Positions 36,012-37,155 of a stretch of DNA of 37,155 nt are shown piece by piece. The notes beneath the pieces were generated by a model, which worked only from the letters and a program-made list of their open reading frames with translations, had not been told where the DNA came from and searched no databases. Made by a program: the position numbers and the translations under genes. The first letter of the stretch is position 1. Each line of letters opens with the position of its first letter. Source of the stretch: Octopus bimaculoides (Eukaryota); NCBI RefSeq assembly GCF_001194135.2, contig NC_068996.1, positions 46,810,269 through 46,847,423 on the forward strand, in the 5' to 3' direction.

Positions 36012-37100
36012 TTCATCGTCATTTAGCGTCTGTTGTCCATGGGTCGGACAGTTTGACCAGGGCTGGTAAACTGGAAGGCTGCATCAGACTCTAGTTTGAT
36101 TTGGCATGGTTTTCTATGGCTGGATGCCCTTCCTAACGCCAACCACTCTGAGGGTGTAATGGGTGCTTTTACATGTCACCAGCACAGGTGCCATTTGCGT
36201 GACACCGGTATCTGCCATGACTGCAATTTTGCTTGGCTCGATGGGTCTTCTTCTCAAGCACGGCATAATGCCAAAGGTCTTGGTCATTGCCTCCATGAGG
36301 CCCAACACTTGAAAAGAGCTCAACCACTTTTGCCTCTGTGAGGCCCAACAATTGAGAGGCACTTTTTATGTGCCACCGGCATGGGTGCTAGTTGCATGAC
36401 ACCAGTATCAGCCATGACAATGATTTCACTTGGCTTGACGGGTCTTCTCAATCACAGCATACCTCCAGAGGTCTCGTCTCTTGTCATTGCCTCTGTGAGG
36501 CCCAACGTTCAAAGATCATGCTTCACCACCTCATCCCATGTCTTCCTGGGTCTACCTCTACCTCAGGTTCTCTCCACAGCTAGAGATCAGCACTTCTTCA
36601 CACAGCCGTCCTCATCCATACACATCACATGACCATACCAGTCCAGTCTTCTCTCTTGCACACCACATCTGATGCCTCTTATGCCCAATTTTTCTCTCAA
36701 GTTGCTTACACACTGTCAAACATGCTCACTGACATTGCACATCCAGCAAAGCATACTGGCATCATTTCTTTCAAGCCTACGCATGTCCTCAGCTGCCACA
36801 GCCCATGTTTCACTGCTGTGTAGCATAGCTTTCATACACAGGTAACTTACAATGTGCCTTTCACTCTGAGAGAGAGAGGCCCTTTGTTGCCAGCAGAGGT
36901 AGGAACTCACTGAACTTTGCCCAGTCTAATCATATTTCACAGCTATATTCTTGAAGCATCCACCTCAGCTACTGACATGGTCACTTAGATAACGAAAGCT
37001 ATCTACTACCTCTAGTTATCTCCAGTAGCAGTTGATGGAGTCTGTTTTCTGTACATTTTCGATGTTTATTGTACCTGTACATCTTCCACACACAAAAGAT
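36012..37100 (-). mobile_element. RTE LINE, 3' about 1.1 kb (decayed RT C-terminus plus 3' UTR)
   Basis: WAKFSEFLPLLATKGLSL, AMLHSSETWAVAAEDMRRLERNDASMLCWMCNVS, RGRPRKTWDEVVKHDL, with frameshifts and stops. Confidence 0.9.
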
Positions 37101-37105
37101 ATTTT

Positions 37106-37155
<50 letters not shown>

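Overview
AT-rich, repeat-dense eukaryotic DNA with seven N gaps. The repeat families resemble those I recall from octopus/cephalopod genomes (inference, not a database match). The window looks mostly intronic or intergenic. I can support only one host coding segment: a probable terminal exon on + (23464-23715) of a gene I do not recognise. The rest is a mosaic of tRNA-derived SINEs (two with clear TSDs), RTE LINE 3' fragments, decayed L1/Tx1-like ORF1 remnants (one with a CCHC knuckle), TA- and TTAA-flanked MITEs, a Helentron-like element, a full-length but dead DD37D (maT) transposon, microsatellites and an 83-bp minisatellite. The most interesting signal is a set of Penelope-like terminal repeats carrying minimal type I hammerhead ribozyme motifs: one intact fold at 11162-11207, an intact core at 27706-27742, and decayed copies near 30.3 and 30.9 kb. 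Two of the three loci lie in inverted-repeat arrangements. Hammerheads in Penelope-like elements are known in general, so these are unannotated instances rather than a demonstrably new system. All alignments, folds and counts were done by eye, and family names come from recall.
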